From positions 1 to 54,865 of the forward strand of contig NW_014569513.1 of assembly GCF_000743755.1 (NCBI RefSeq): a DNA stretch of 54,865 nucleotides, given 5' to 3'. A program made the position numbers and the translations under genes. Position 1 is the first letter of the stretch; every line of letters begins with the position of its first letter. The notes beneath the pieces were generated by a model. The model saw only the letters and a program-made list of their open reading frames with translations. It made no database searches and had not been told where the DNA came from. The stretch is from Blastocystis sp. subtype 4 (lineage: Eukaryota). This document shows, piece by piece, positions 1 to 12,845 of the stretch.

Positions 1-4
1 AAAA

Positions 5-86
5 TGCAAGCGGTGGGACTCGAACCCACGCGTGCGAACACACTACGACCTGAACGTAGCACCTTGGACCACTCGGTCACGCTTGC
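5..86 (-). tRNA. tRNA-Leu(CAG)
   Basis: Reverse complement GCAAGCGTGACCGAGTGGTCCAAGGTGCTACGTTCAGGTCGTAG...GGTTCGAGTCCCACCGCTTGCA. It has an acceptor stem, D loop, anticodon loop TTCAGGT, long variable arm and TTCGA T-loop, followed by a T-run Pol III terminator. Confidence 0.95.
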
Positions 87-247
87 TCATTGAAAGAAAA
101 GAAACAATTTCCTATAGGGAAACAACACACAAATAGAAGACAAAAGAGGTCACCAGACATCTTTGACATGAAGACAGGCCACCTATCAATCCAAAACTGA
201 CAAATAAACAAACAATTAACACATTCCACTTAGCAATACACTCAAAC

Positions 248-542
248 TTATTGGGCAAGCTTAGCACGCTCAGGGAAACACTCTGCAAAAGTACGAGTAG
301 GATGCTTGTTTTCTTGATGTCCCTTCAACTGCGAATCACTTTGGGATGCAAGGAATTCAGTCTATTCCATAATCCCACCTTCAAAATCATACACGACAAA
401 TCATGCACACCACCTTTGGAGCCAAAGCACCGGTACGAGAAGCTTTTCCAGCCTGACCACCTCCTCCCTGAGGCTTAGCTGCATCCTTCTCGTGTCTAGC
501 ACGAGCAGCCTGCTTCTTCTGGAGATTTGAACCCTTGCCCAT
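248..542 (-). CDS. Small 4F5/SERF-like plus C2H2 zinc-finger protein (ZNF706/At2g23090-like)
   Basis: Spliced over a 31-nt intron (362-392): MGKGSNLQKKQAARARHEK...KVVCMICR|TEFLASQSDSQLKGHQENKHPTRTFAECFPE. CxxC...HxxxKHP pattern; TGTTTGTT motif downstream at 207-214. Confidence 0.8.
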
Positions 543-792
543 CTACAAAATGAATTAGTAATAAGAATGGTTACAATATTATTGAGGTACAACCAAACGA
601 TGAAAGGAAAAGCAGTCAATCTAGTGATTGGAGCATGAAATATAGATCACAGATATTATTGGCAAACAGAATATTCGTGCATAATTATCCAGGACTAATG
701 GAACAACGCATTTCCAAGGTATTTTCCATGGAAAGAATACGACTTCTATAGAACAGCATTCACTATTCTTTTCTTACTATCATATTGCAGTT

Positions 793-2049
793 ATGTTTGA
801 CGAACAAATATTGAAGAAGATTCGAGAGAATCTATTTGGATTCACGGAGATCGTTAATGTAGATCAGTACTGTATGATCAAACTCTAGATTCTGAAAAAG
901 GATATGACTTACATCCATGTTGCGGAGTTGGCACCTTTCAAGGAACTCTTGGTATCCATGGGTATTCCTCTTCCTCCAGAACCTGAGAGTATATAGCACC
1001 ATTTTTGTTGAACCTAAGATACCATGGAAGAAGAGACTTCATTTGACGGGGAGCCATATCCGGAGATTCCAGAGGAAAAAGAAGTAGATGAAGAGGATAT
1101 GAGTCATTCGATAGTATTCGGATGCGTTGATGGAAGCTGCTCAGTTAGCAAAGAGTCAAGCTGCTACTGCTGCTGAGAGTGGAGTAGAATTGGGCGGCAT
1201 AGTTGATAAATAGAATTATGAAGAGGCGATTGAACTTTTGACAGAGTCTCTTCGGAATCAATTCTCGAATCTCACTCTGTGTCGTCGAGCTGAGTATCTT
1301 CTAAAGGTGAATCCTCCTCGTCCAAATGCCTGTATCCATGATTGTGATGCTGTATTGAGTCGAAATGCCGATAGTGCAAAGGCTTTGAAGATTCGTGGCA
1401 AGGCATACGCGTAACTACAGAAGGGAGTAAATGAAGAGTAGAATGATGAAGAAATGGATGGAAGCTGCTGTGGATCTGCGTCGTGCTTGTGTTATTGACT
1501 ATGATGAAACTACGGATACGCTGCGTAAAGAGGTAGACGTGAAGGCTCATGAAATTGAAGATCAACAGCGTCGTGCAGATCAGGCGAAGAGAGAGGCTGA
1601 AGAGAAGGAGAAGGAGCGAAGAGCGCAGGCATATCGGGAACGTGTGATGCGTGAGAGAGAAGAAAGAAAGCGAGAAGAAGAAGAGGCCGCCAATATGCCT
1701 AATGAGATGCCTGGAGGAATGCCTGGAGGTATGCCTGGTGGTATGGGTGGAATGCCTGGTGGAATGCCTGGTATGCCTGGAGGAATGCCTGGAGGAATGC
1801 CTGGTGGTATGGGAGGAATGCCTGGTGGAATGCCTGGTATGCCTGGTACATCCTTCTTTCATTCTCTTATTTGTAGCTAATTTGATGGAAGCATTAAAGG
1901 ATCCTGAAGTTGCTGCTGCAATGCAGAACCCAAAGATGGTGGGAATCTTCCAAGATATCATGAAGAACCCTGGAAATATTAACAAGTACATGTCAGATCC
2001 TGATTTTATGAATCTGTATAGTAAGATTATGTCAAAGATGAATCAATAA
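793..2049 (+). CDS. ST13: Hsc70-interacting protein (Hip/ST13): TPR, charged region, GGMP repeats, STI1 domain
   Basis: Multi-exon gene with ~30-nt introns. TPR segment [46 protein letters not shown] repeats, C-terminal [16 protein letters not shown]1 motif. Confidence 0.9.
1708..1846 (+). repeat. Coding GGMP/GMP tandem repeat within Hip
   Basis: Repeated atgcctggtgga/atgcctggagga units encoding MPGG. Confidence 0.9.
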
Positions 2050-2166
2050 CGAATCATTCTGCTTTGTTCGTGTACAAACGAATCTTTCTTGATCTTTCAT
2101 AAACGGCTAACCACTGTACATTTCGGCTACCAAGTTTCCATTCTACTAGTAATCATAATTATTCAA

Positions 2167-2823
2167 ATGCAACTTACTTATATGGATATATACCTTCACC
2201 GTGCTCGAATGTTAGACATCAACGGTCAACGAGAAGAAGCCATTGCATTGTCGAATTGTTACATTCGTTTAAGTCCTAGATATAAACAAATCATTCAATA
2301 TCTTATAACACTCCAAAAACAGAATCCACAGTATGCTGACTACTACTCTCAGTATTTGAATCTGGTATTCGAGGAAGCAGAAGCAATCCGGAATGTAACT
2401 GGTAGAAGAGAGGATCAACAGCAATCGACTGTACCACCTCGTCTACCGAATAAGCCCACTAGTACCGATAAACCCGGACTGTCGATGGATGATGTCCGTT
2501 ATGCTGCACTAGGAGTGGGAGCCAAAGTGAAACAATTCGATCAAGAGTACGGAGTGAGTGAGAAATGTAAACAAGCCGCACATACATGCACAGAAAAGGC
2601 CAAGGAGTTAGATCGTGAATATGAAGTTAGGATAACAACCGATGTTAACTCCTAGATTCGAAAGAAAGCAGCAGAGTTTGGACAACAAGTGAAAGAATGG
2701 GATGAGCGAAATGGTGTCTCCAAAGCTGTTATCAGCGGAGTAAAACAAGTTGCTTCTTCTGTTGGTGGAGCTATCAAAGGGCTTGCGGACCAGTCACGTC
2801 AGGAAAACCATTCTCAAATGTAA
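2167..2823 (+). CDS. Protein with MIT-like N-terminal helical domain and repetitive C-terminal helices
   Basis: Spliced MQLTYMDIYLHRARMLDINGQREEAIALYKQIIQYL resembles MIT helix 1-2 (A..D..G..EEAI.LY). C-terminal DQEYGVSEK/DREYEIRKK/DERNGVSK repeats; 2 short introns. Confidence 0.55.
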
Positions 2824-2943
2824 TAGTATCGTTTGAATTGTTTGTGAATCAATTTCATTATCTCTGCTACTTTCTGTGAATTCCCGCTCTTCTCTCGGTT
2901 AATGTTTCTCCTTCACTAATTGTTCCAAATCTCTGCAGAAACC

Positions 2944-3531
2944 ATGTCGATGACTATGAGAGCTCTCCGTGTTGGACAGATGTCTGTCAAGAGTGTGAGT
3001 TGCTATGCAGCAGCTCAGATCCCTGTCTTTGCCAGATTTCACACTCCTTACAACTACGCCTCTCCTGCTAAGCCTGCAAACCTTTGGGTTGGTCTTTGGA
3101 ACTGTTTTAGTATCTTTACATGCCCTTAGTCCTAGGTGATTCCACCAATCTTCACGAGAAGATTTTCCACTACTCCCAGTTGACTGCTGCTGTTCTCTTC
3201 CCTATTTCTTTCATTCTTGCTCCCTCTGCCGTTTGTGTGAGTGCTTCGGAGCGACTTTGACATGTAGGTCCCTATTGACTACATCATGTGTGTTCTTTAC
3301 CCTCTGCATGGTTGTATCGGTATGAGTCACGTCTGGAGTGATTACTGTGGACCTGTACGGTTGTGGACGAATGTTGATAGATAGCACCTGGGAAAGGCTC
3401 TGAAGATTACGGATCTCATCGTCTCTCTGATTGCCATGTTTGGTCTTCTGTACCTGAATGCCACTTCTGATGGTTTGACTGCTACCATCAAGCAACTGTG
3501 GAGACCTAAGATCGAGGACAAGAGAGAATAA
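2944..3531 (+). CDS. SDHD: Succinate dehydrogenase cytochrome b small subunit (SDH4/CybS), organelle-targeted
   Basis: Arg/Ser-rich presequence. After splicing 3 introns: IDYIMCVLYPLHGCIGMSHVWSDY (conserved H..G......DY), hydrophobic helices and GLTATIKQLW C-terminus. Confidence 0.85.
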
Positions 3532-3601
3532 TTGCGGATCGAAATACAATTCATTGTTTTATTGATGTGTTTGTATCCAACATCCTTCAAACTACAGAAT
3601 A

Positions 3602-5566
3602 CTAACTTGAATACATGCTATCAATTTCCTCTTTAAACGCAGAACTAATAAAACCACGCTTCATCTTCAAAGTTGGAGTCAATTCTCCTGTTGCCAAAGA
3701 GAAATCCCGTTTCAAGATGGAGAACTTTTGAATTCTATATGTCATTTCACCTATCGAAACCTACTTCTGAGCATTGCTGAAAGCATGAGCATTGTATTGC
3801 TGGATCACATCTGTGAAATATTGGAGAAACAGAGGATCTTTGGAGGCTTCTGTGACTGTCCGAGCAGAGGAATTCAGTTGCTTGGCTAGATCCAACGAAG
3901 CCCCCAGCAAGACTCCTTCTTCATTTCCATCACCTGGAAGAGAACATTGAAGCGTCAGCAACACGGTAAGGTACTTTCGCTTGTCGCCAATCAATACCAC
4001 ATTTGATAGGCTTGGAGCCAAGTTCTTTAGCTCTGCTTCAATTAACACAGGAGGGATGTTCTCTCCTCCTGCAGTAACAATTAGCTCCTTCAGACGACCT
4101 GTCACCTTCCAGAATCCATCCGAATCCACAGAACCACAGTCTCCAGAATGTAAGTAACCATCATCATCAATAGCTCGTCTTGTGTCTTCAGGCATATTCA
4201 GATATCCCATAAACACATGCCGACCTGTAACGATGATTTCTTGCGTGCCAGGAACTGCCTTCACGATTGATCCACGCATGGCTCGTCCTGTAGTTCCAAT
4301 ACGCCACTGACCAACCGTGTGGAAGGTTACAGGACCCGTACTCTCAGACATTCCAAAGATTTCAAAAACAGGAATATCAAACGAAGCAAAGAATTGGAGT
4401 GTGGATAGATCAATAGGAGCAGCAGCACTAAAAAGGATCTTAGCAGCGTCCAAACCCAATGTAGCCTTCACCTTATCCAATAGCAGTTTTCTGGCTAGTC
4501 CATAGAACCATAAGCTTTGTTTTCGCGAACCAACTTGAATATTATTCATGTGAATGATGCCTCGACGACGACAGAACGAAGCAATCCATCGTTTGATACC
4601 AGTAGCTGAAGACAGTTTCGCACTCACCGACTCCGCCATTTTTTCAAATACCCGTGGGACCGTTACGAAAACTGTTGGTCTCGCTTCTCGTAATGTATTC
4701 ACCAGACTTCCTTTCAGTGCATCGGGACGAGCATAATAAACTGTCATTCCCAACAACGAGGAAGCAAAGATATCAATCATCTGAGCAGCAATATGGCTGA
4801 GAGGAAGGAAACTCACAATGCGATCACCTTCTCCCAAATTGAAATCTTCACGAATCACTTGACATACAAATCCAACATTATCATGCGAAATCATTACAGC
4901 CTTAGGATTTCCTGTTGTTCCGGAAGTATAGATAAGTGATAAGCATTGTCCTGGCTTCTGAGATTCTACCCGTTGCGAGATCACAGAGTCCGTTGAACTG
5001 GATCCAGTCTGAATGAAGTTCTCCCATGTACATACATCTGCATAACCCTCCTCTGATGCTGGAAGCTGTATTTTAGAAGCATTATATACGATGATCTTAC
5101 GAAGACAAGGGAGTTTATGACGAATTTCAAGGATCTTTCCTAGTTGCGTTGCACCATCCACTACAATCACAGTACTCTTGCAGTGGTCCATAACATAGAA
5201 ACAAGCATCAGGAGTATTTGTGGCATAAATGCCTGTAGCTACACCACCAGCTTCAATTGCTCCCATGACTGCAAACATGTATTCAGGAGAGTTGAAGCCA
5301 ATGATAGTAACAGCATCAAAAGCTTTGATTCCCAGTGTAACCAGTGCTCGGGCAAAATTGTGTGAGTTTTCATAATATTCCTTCCAAGAATATGTCTTTC
5401 CAGTACATGCCACCAAAGCAGTCTTATCTCCACGTTCCTCACATAACCGCTTAAATTCACGTGGGATTACAAGTTGTGGATAGGCTGTATCGTCCGAAAT
5501 ATCAGGTCGAATCTCCACCACATCATCAATATTAACAGCACGAAATTTATCTGGAAGATGGCTCAT
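3602..5566 (-). CDS. Long-chain fatty acyl-CoA synthetase (ACSBG/bubblegum-like)
   Basis: IYTSGTTGNPKAVM AMP-binding motif, GMSE, GYLHSGDCG, GRLKELIVTAGGENIPP. One 30-nt intron near 3736-3765 joins the terminal GELTPTLKMKR exon. Confidence 0.92.
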
Positions 5567-5794
5567 AAGAGAAAAGAATAATGAGACCTATCATATTCAG
5601 ATGCCGACGAATGCATATTTGAAGATGACGAAATAATGAAACGCCTATTCAACAATGAAACCGTCTAGCAGACGTCAATTCGCAATGCTACAATTGGTAA
5701 AGGGAATCCCTAGACAAAATTGGGTTGAACTAATGAGAAACAAGAGTTTCGAAGAGAATGGAATGAGTTCAAGATTCATTCTTTATTGTACCGA

Positions 5795-7796
5795 ATGTTA
5801 AGACTAGCGCAAAATACTGTAGATACTGAAAACAGGAGACTGATAGAATAGATTCGGGGAACAGTGAAGTGTCTTGTTACTAGGAGCTTTGTTGGATCTC
5901 GTTCGTTTAGCACAGATGGAAAGAAGGATGGGATGGATTTAGATGAGTTGCGTAGGTATTTGAGGTGGAACTCACGAGAAGTCCAAGACTTGATGAAGAA
6001 AGTACCTCCAGAAGTGACAGGGATGGCTATGAAACAAGCAATGAATATGACACCAGACCAGAGAGAAGAAATTGTAAAGATGGGAGAAAGACTATTTGCA
6101 TCTCGGAGAAGACGTACAGAGGAACCTATTGTAATTAAAGAGGACTCAAAAGAAGAAAAGAGGAAAGAGATTAGCAAAGAAGAAGAACAGAAAGAAGAAT
6201 CAAAGGAAGAGGAGGTAATTCAGCTTGGGAGCAGTTATAAGAAATCGGAAGAAAACACTTCGAGGAAACAGAATGAAGAAGGTAGTTCAAACGAGAATAA
6301 AGCAGAAGACGATTCCTCATCCTATCAGAAACCTATTGAGTTCATTTTCCCAGGACAAGGAGGATTTATGGACCAAATCCAAAAGATGTTAGGTAACAGT
6401 ACCTCAAAGAAGGTGGAAGTGGTGAAGGAAACAGGAGTTCGATTTGATGATGTTGCTGGTATCAACGAAGCAAAGACGGAGATCATGGAATTCATTGACT
6501 TCATGAAGAACCAAGAAAAATATCTTGAAATTGGTGCCCGTGTTCCAAAAGGAGCATTGCTTTCAGGTCCTCCAGGTACTGGCAAGACATTATTAGCAAA
6601 GGCAGCGGCGGGTGAAGCCAGTGTACCATTTCTGTATGCAAGTGGTTCTGACTTTGTTGAGTTGTATGCTGGTGTTGGTGCAAAGAGAGTACGAGAATTA
6701 TTTGCTGAAGCCCGAAAACAAGCCCCTTGTATCATATTTGTGGATGAAATTGATGCAATTGGAAAGAAGAGGAATGCTGGGGTGAGGAATGATTGGGTGG
6801 ATCATGGATTAGAGATTCAGTGGTGCAAGTGATGAGCGGGAACAAACACTCAATCAGTTGCTGGTGGAGATGGACGGATTTAAGCCTACTGATAACATAT
6901 GCATCCTAGCAAGTACGAATCGAATTGATGTGCTGGATAAAGCTTTGTTACGAGCTGGTCGATTTGATCGTCAAATCAGTGTTGATTTGCCTGATTTGCA
7001 GGGTCGAATGGACATTGCTCAAATCTATTTGAAACGAATTCGTTTGCATGAGGGTCGTGAACAGATGGCAAAGCGGATTGCTGAGATCACACCTGGTCTC
7101 ACAGGAGCTGATATAAGCAATATTGTAAATGAAGGAGCTCTCTTGGCAGTACGACGAGGAGCTGTGGAAGTATACGAAGAAGATCTATTGAATGCTTGTG
7201 ATCGTGTATTGTGTGGATTGAAGAAGGAAAAGCGAGGACTCACTCCACGGGAAATAGAGCGTGTTGCTTATCATGAAGCTGGTCATGCATTAGTAGGATG
7301 GTTGACACCCCACAGTGAACCATGTTTGAAAGTTACTATCATTCCTCGTACGAATGGTGCATTGGGTTTCACACAACATTTGCCGAAGGAGCTTGCAATG
7401 TATTCAGAGGCAGAGCTTAAAGCAATGTTGCAAGTATTGATGGGAGGCCGAGCCGCTGAACGGATCTGTCTGGGAGATGTGACCACTGGAAGTCGTGATG
7501 ATTTGAAAAAGGCTTCAGCTGTGGCGAATGAGATGGTTACGGAGTATGGCTTTAGTGATAAAGTGGGACCTGTGTGTTATACAGCTGGGAACGATGAGAA
7601 CATGCCAACAAGTGAATCATTGTTACATGTTATTGAAGATGAGAAGAAACGATTGATTGAAGAAGCATTTGAGAATGCAATGAGAGTAATCGAGAAGAAT
7701 AAGGAAAAGATGAGTCAAATCGCAAATATGCTTTTAGAGAAGGAAACAATCACAAATGTGGATCTAGAGAGTGTATTGGGTAAACGAATGGATTGA
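5795..7796 (+). CDS. FtsH/AFG3/paraplegin-type AAA+ zinc metalloprotease (peptidase M41)
   Basis: Walker A GPPGTGKT, Walker [25 protein letters not shown] (after the intron at 6782-6812), [18 protein letters not shown] zinc motif, presequence-like N-terminus. Confidence 0.92.
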
Positions 7797-7830
7797 TATG
7801 TTTGTTGGAAGTGTGAATAGTAAACAGTTG

Positions 7831-10800
7831 ATTCTATATTACAGAATGAGTAGAAATGTTTCATGATCCGTTCATTCAACTCTGTTGTTACACACTCATT
7901 ATGTCCTTTCCCATTCCCCACACTAATCTCAAACCTAAACATCAAGTCAACATAGAATCACTACCGCACTTCCCGCTTCTCACATTCATTTCTCAGGACC
8001 TTCTCCTCTCCCACCACACTTCCATTCGTTATTGCCAACACTCCATTCACACTCACACTCACACACTCTAACTTCACTTCATGTTCAATCAATATACTCC
8101 GAATGAAACCCCACGGAAAGAGAGGATTCTTTTGACCCAGTCTACAGCTAACACGACACATGTACACAGTACTGCTGACGGAACAGGAGACTATTACAGA
8201 TCCCAATACTCACATTCTGACAGAAACGGGAACTATTTCCGCCACTCACTGAAACCACCACTGTACGTTTGAAGTTGAGAATGCGACGAGCTGTACTTAG
8301 AGCTAACTGACGACAAATCCGATACACAGCATCGGATAACCGTGGGAAATCCTGAGAATACGTGGGATTAGGAAAGATTGGAGGTTCATCGTCAGCATTC
8401 GTACAGAGGAGTCTGAATACATCATGAGCCCCAACAGTATTGTGTTTATCAATGAAGACAGTGAGAAAAGTGTTTTGAACGACTTGAGTGAAAATCTGAA
8501 CTTAATTTGCAATTGACAGAAATACCTCGGAAATTGAGTTGCGTGACATGGAATAGTCTGTTGCACATAACACATGAATTGCAGGAACACTATCGCCCAT
8601 CACAAACACCTTTCCATTACAGACAGAATTCCTTCCTACATTGCATATTCCAGAAATCGTTCGAATTCTTCCATTTGTCGCTGTGATTCGACATGCAGCA
8701 CTCTGTAAGTTAGTTCACAGTTGCACAAATACATCATGAACATTCCCCGAGACAAACAGTTGTTCAAATACACGATTACAATTCACTGGATTCGTATACA
8801 GTTGACTTAAGTATGTTCGAATCTGTTTTCCTCGTTCACTACACAATTGAGAGATATCATTTGATTCCCGCGGGAGTGGTGTTAGAAATGAATCTTCTTC
8901 GATAGCAGGAACAGTGTCTTCATTGTGAGGCTGTTGAGCCAGACTTGCTACAGCCAGATGATCGATAAGATCGGAACTGATATGTTGTTGTGAACATGCA
9001 ATAGGCACCAAACGAGTTAAGTTGCCAATATCATGAGAAATTTGGGCATCTACCAAAAAAGAGCCAAAACTGATTCCTACTACGTAGTTCACCAACATAC
9101 GGTCCTGATGACATGAAAAATACACCTTGGGAAGTTGATGATGGCATCAACTGCATCAACTCTGTTTCGACCATTGATTTCAAACTATACTCAAAATTGA
9201 ATTCGTCAAGGCCTGATGCTGTTTCTACGGATGACCGTTGAAATCATCTCTCACGATTGTGGATCACAATACAGTGAGCACGCTGAATGGTTTGATTACA
9301 AATCATTTGTGTGTTACAAGAACCAGATCGCTGCAGAGAGATAATGTCAATCCCATGAGGCGCAACTGACTCTGACAACGATAGATATTTGTCTGAAGCA
9401 GATGATGGATTATCAGGAAGTAAATTCGTCGAATTCTTGGCATTGTCGAAATCTTCAGGAAGTCCGGAACTCTGTCCTATATTCACTAGAATGAATGGAA
9501 TCGAAGGATTTGGCTCTTCTGTAATACCACATCTCGAGGGCACGAGTAACATCAAATCAGCCAATGACATGAGTCCTCCATCCCGTACCTAGCATTCATA
9601 AGGATACATGACTCGTACGTCTGAGAACGATGTCTTGCTTAACTCATATTCACCAAGAATCTTCAGGAGTTTCAATGTGTTTGTTTGTCTCACATATTGA
9701 CCCAAACCATGCATCTTGAGGGCAATTCGGATTACCTTGTTCATTAGAACAAAAAACATGAAACTTACTGGGAGATACCGGAAATGACGTAAATCGTCAG
9801 GAAATGGCGGAATATCCACTGACCGTTTTATTTTCCGTTTCGATGTAACTCCAAGAATGTCAATATCAGGATATGTGTTGATGGTGACATCAACAGCATT
9901 TAGTGTGTCTGTGTGTTTGTTGGAGCACATAAATACATCTCCCATTGTAGTTGCTGATGGATACTCAGAGTTCTCGACGATCACATCATGTGTCGACACA
10001 TCGTATAGAGATTGGGATACTTCATCTTCTGCCAAATAAGAGGAAATTGCCGGTTTCTTCGAGTTCATCTTCTTCCATATGCGTTCCCATAATGCCGAAA
10101 TGCACTTTCTCCACGCTTTTCTAATATATGGGAAATCAGGGTTCTTTTCATCGGTTTGCCACTGCTTTTCCACCTACAGTTGTAAACTTGAAGGAACGAG
10201 TACCATGGCAATGCGATCCAGAATTCCATTCACCTTCTGACTGATCGAAATCTCTCCTCCACGACCTCGCTCTGTTCCCTGTTTATCAAAGTAGTTACTA
10301 CCGAAACACTGAAGAATCTCCACCAGAAATGGATAGTATTGTTTTGGGTCGTTTTCAATTTCTTCGAGGGTGGGCAGACTTCCTGACTATCGGTTACATA
10401 ACTACAGTACAAATACATTGCGTTTATAAAGAGATGTTGACGTGAAGAACCGATTGATTCCCATTTGAATCAAATCCTTCTTTCCCATTCGCTTAAGAGG
10501 TGTTGAAGGAATCTAAACAATAAACAACAACATTAGTACTCACATCTGTCATACGAATACGTTTGGCATCTGAATACGCAATACTTGTTCTCTGCAACGA
10601 CTGATCATTGATGATCGAACCTATATTGGAGGTGTCGTTCAACATGCCAGGTGAAAGGAACTCTGGATTTGTTGCTTGGTTTATAACAACGGAGGTTGTC
10701 TGTTGCAACATCTGGGTGGAAGGTTCTCCTGAAGGGAGGATCACAGTTGAATTCAGTGGATTTTGCTGTTGAAAGAATGACTGTGGGTGTGTTTCTACGA

Positions 10801-10889
10801 GTAATATGATAATTCCGACTCTAACGCTGTATTGTCATTCCTCCATCGGAACGCAGTTCCGAATCTGCAGAATAGCTTTGTATATACAT
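7831..10889 (-). CDS. Large multi-exon protein with C-terminal degenerate ArgJ (ornithine acetyltransferase)-like fold; stop probably made by polyadenylation
   Basis: Spliced segments align in order with ArgJ motifs: HCIVIHN, VFFMSSGPYVGEL, NGRIRTISGIC, HVLCATD...VVQNTFLTVFID, AVYRICRQLA...VVVSVSGG, PWGFI, VSVSVNGVLAITNG, FEISVGNGKGHNECVTTEL. Joining of the N-terminal exons is less certain. Confidence 0.65.
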
Positions 10890-10929
10890 TCTCACCCAGC
10901 CCAATCCACAACTATTCCAAACAAACAAT

Positions 10930-12719
10930 TCAATGATTGACTTTCGACTGTTTTCTCCTCCTTTCCTCTTCTTCATCCAAATCTGCCTCCAATGTTCGTT
11001 TTGCATAAATTCGCTCTGGTTGGTTCTTTTGAAACACCTTTGTAAAGTACTCAATTTCTTTATTCGCAGGCTTCTTATCTTGTCTCAACAGAGCTTCTCG
11101 AGGGTCCATATCTGAGCATCATCTCCTCATCCAACTCCTACTCAATTCCTTTCGATCCACTGCTGACATTACTTCAGCTTCTTCGAATCCCAGTCCTTGA
11201 CCTCCACTGATCATTGGTAGACCAGTCTCAGGAATGATTGGATCACTTCGTTCCCACATGCTTGAACCAGCATTATGAATAACTTGAGCATAAATTGGTA
11301 AGAATCTGAAAATGAGGAAAATAGAAGGTATATACGGATTCTTAATTCCTGGTCGATTATCTCGTTTCTTTGGATCATCGCGGTTATCGCGAATGTCATC
11401 ATCATTTGACTCAGGAGCATATGCTAGAGCATCCTTTCTCCCAAATTGCATTTCTCTCCTTCGAGTTTTCTATTCCTGATCTAACTCTGATTTTCCTACA
11501 GTGCGTCCTTCTACCATCACAGCACCTCGAACACTCATGGTAGGATCATAGAATACATGAACTGAACCATCATTCATTCCCACCACCATCTGATTCAACT
11601 TATCATGCCATAACACTGTGTATGGAATAAGAGGTTTTTCAAACGAATAACTGAATCTAGAAGTCAACTTCAAAACGAACATCATGCATGGGTTTGGTTG
11701 TAGGAGCAAAGATATCGTATACATTCAATTTCGAGAGTGTTTGTGATTCATCGTCCGAAGGAATCGCAAAAGCCATCAACTTCGAATCCGGACTGAATGT
11801 GACATTGCAGCCGAATCCGAATACGTTGATATTTGGAATCGACTTTAATGGTTTCTATGAATGAGTCTACGAATATTAGAATACTTTCATATTTCGGGAA
11901 TCCCATAAACAGACCACATTATCTCGTCCTCGTGTAGTAATCAATTGACCCGAAGGATGATACCGGATATCAATCACTGCATCTGTATGGGTTGTATAGT
12001 TTGTAGTTGTCGCTCGAGCCCAACTAAGCATCATTTCTCTCCTTTCTCTTCTACCGGCTTCTTTCATCAAATATCAGAATTCCTCCATCAACACACCCCA
12101 AAGCAACTCCATTTCCCTGAATATTGTAACAAGCACTTGTTATACCGATCCGAAGACCGCGCTTGCTCTTTGCACGCATCACATCTCTGGATTCCAGTTC
12201 ATCGAAGGATGTTTGGCCATTCATATCCCAGATACGACAGGTTCCATCCAAGGAGGCAGTCATACAAATATCATTCCTGGATGGATGCCAGCAAGCAGCA
12301 TAGACCGTATTTGTGTGACCTGGTGTCTTGCTGTTGTCCAAAACATAGGGATTTCCTTTGATAAACTTGCGCACTTGATTTCCATTCTTGTCAAAAACAA
12401 CGGGCTTTGCATCTGCTGTAGAAACGATGATTTGATCTGAACATGTGCTGTAGTTGACACAATACACAGACTGACCTTGAGCTACACTGAACTGACTATA
12501 ATCTAATGTCCCAAATCATTCAACTCACTGAAAAGGCTCATGCTCTACTGTCATTCCTCCAAAATCATACAGTCGCACTAGATGGTCACTACTTCCCGAA
12601 ATCAGTCGAGCTCCTGACTTATCCCAAGCAAGACAATTGATAGCTCGTTTCGCTCCGTTCAACAACAAATCCTTCTTGATAGGAATCTTGTTTTCTGTTC
12701 TGATTGATTCCTCTTCCAT
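10930..12719 (-). CDS. WDR70: WD40 repeat protein WDR70-like
   Basis: WDKSGARLISGSSDHLVRLYDFGGM, KGNPYVLDNSKTPGHT, TRGRDNVVCLWD, WHDKLNQ, YDPTMSVRGA and C-terminal DPREALLR, all typical of WDR70. Multiple short introns. Confidence 0.85.
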
Positions 12720-12845
12720 TAATCGGATTTGAATTGGCTAAAGTGTTGGATTTAAGCCGATTTTGGTTATTACGGAAAAATTGATTGGCACTCGATTCTC
12801 ATTTATCATCCAGTTTTCGTACTATAATCCTGTCTCTAGCTAGTG

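Noticed and set aside
1272..1991. 239-aa His/Arg/Ser-rich minus-strand ORF
   Set aside because: Antisense shadow of the GGMP repeat and charged region of Hip.
7715..7830. Apparent coding overlap between the FtsH 3' end and the opposite gene (also 27443-27502 and 37085-37183)
   Set aside because: The overlaps disappear if the stops are created by polyadenylation at the -5 T.
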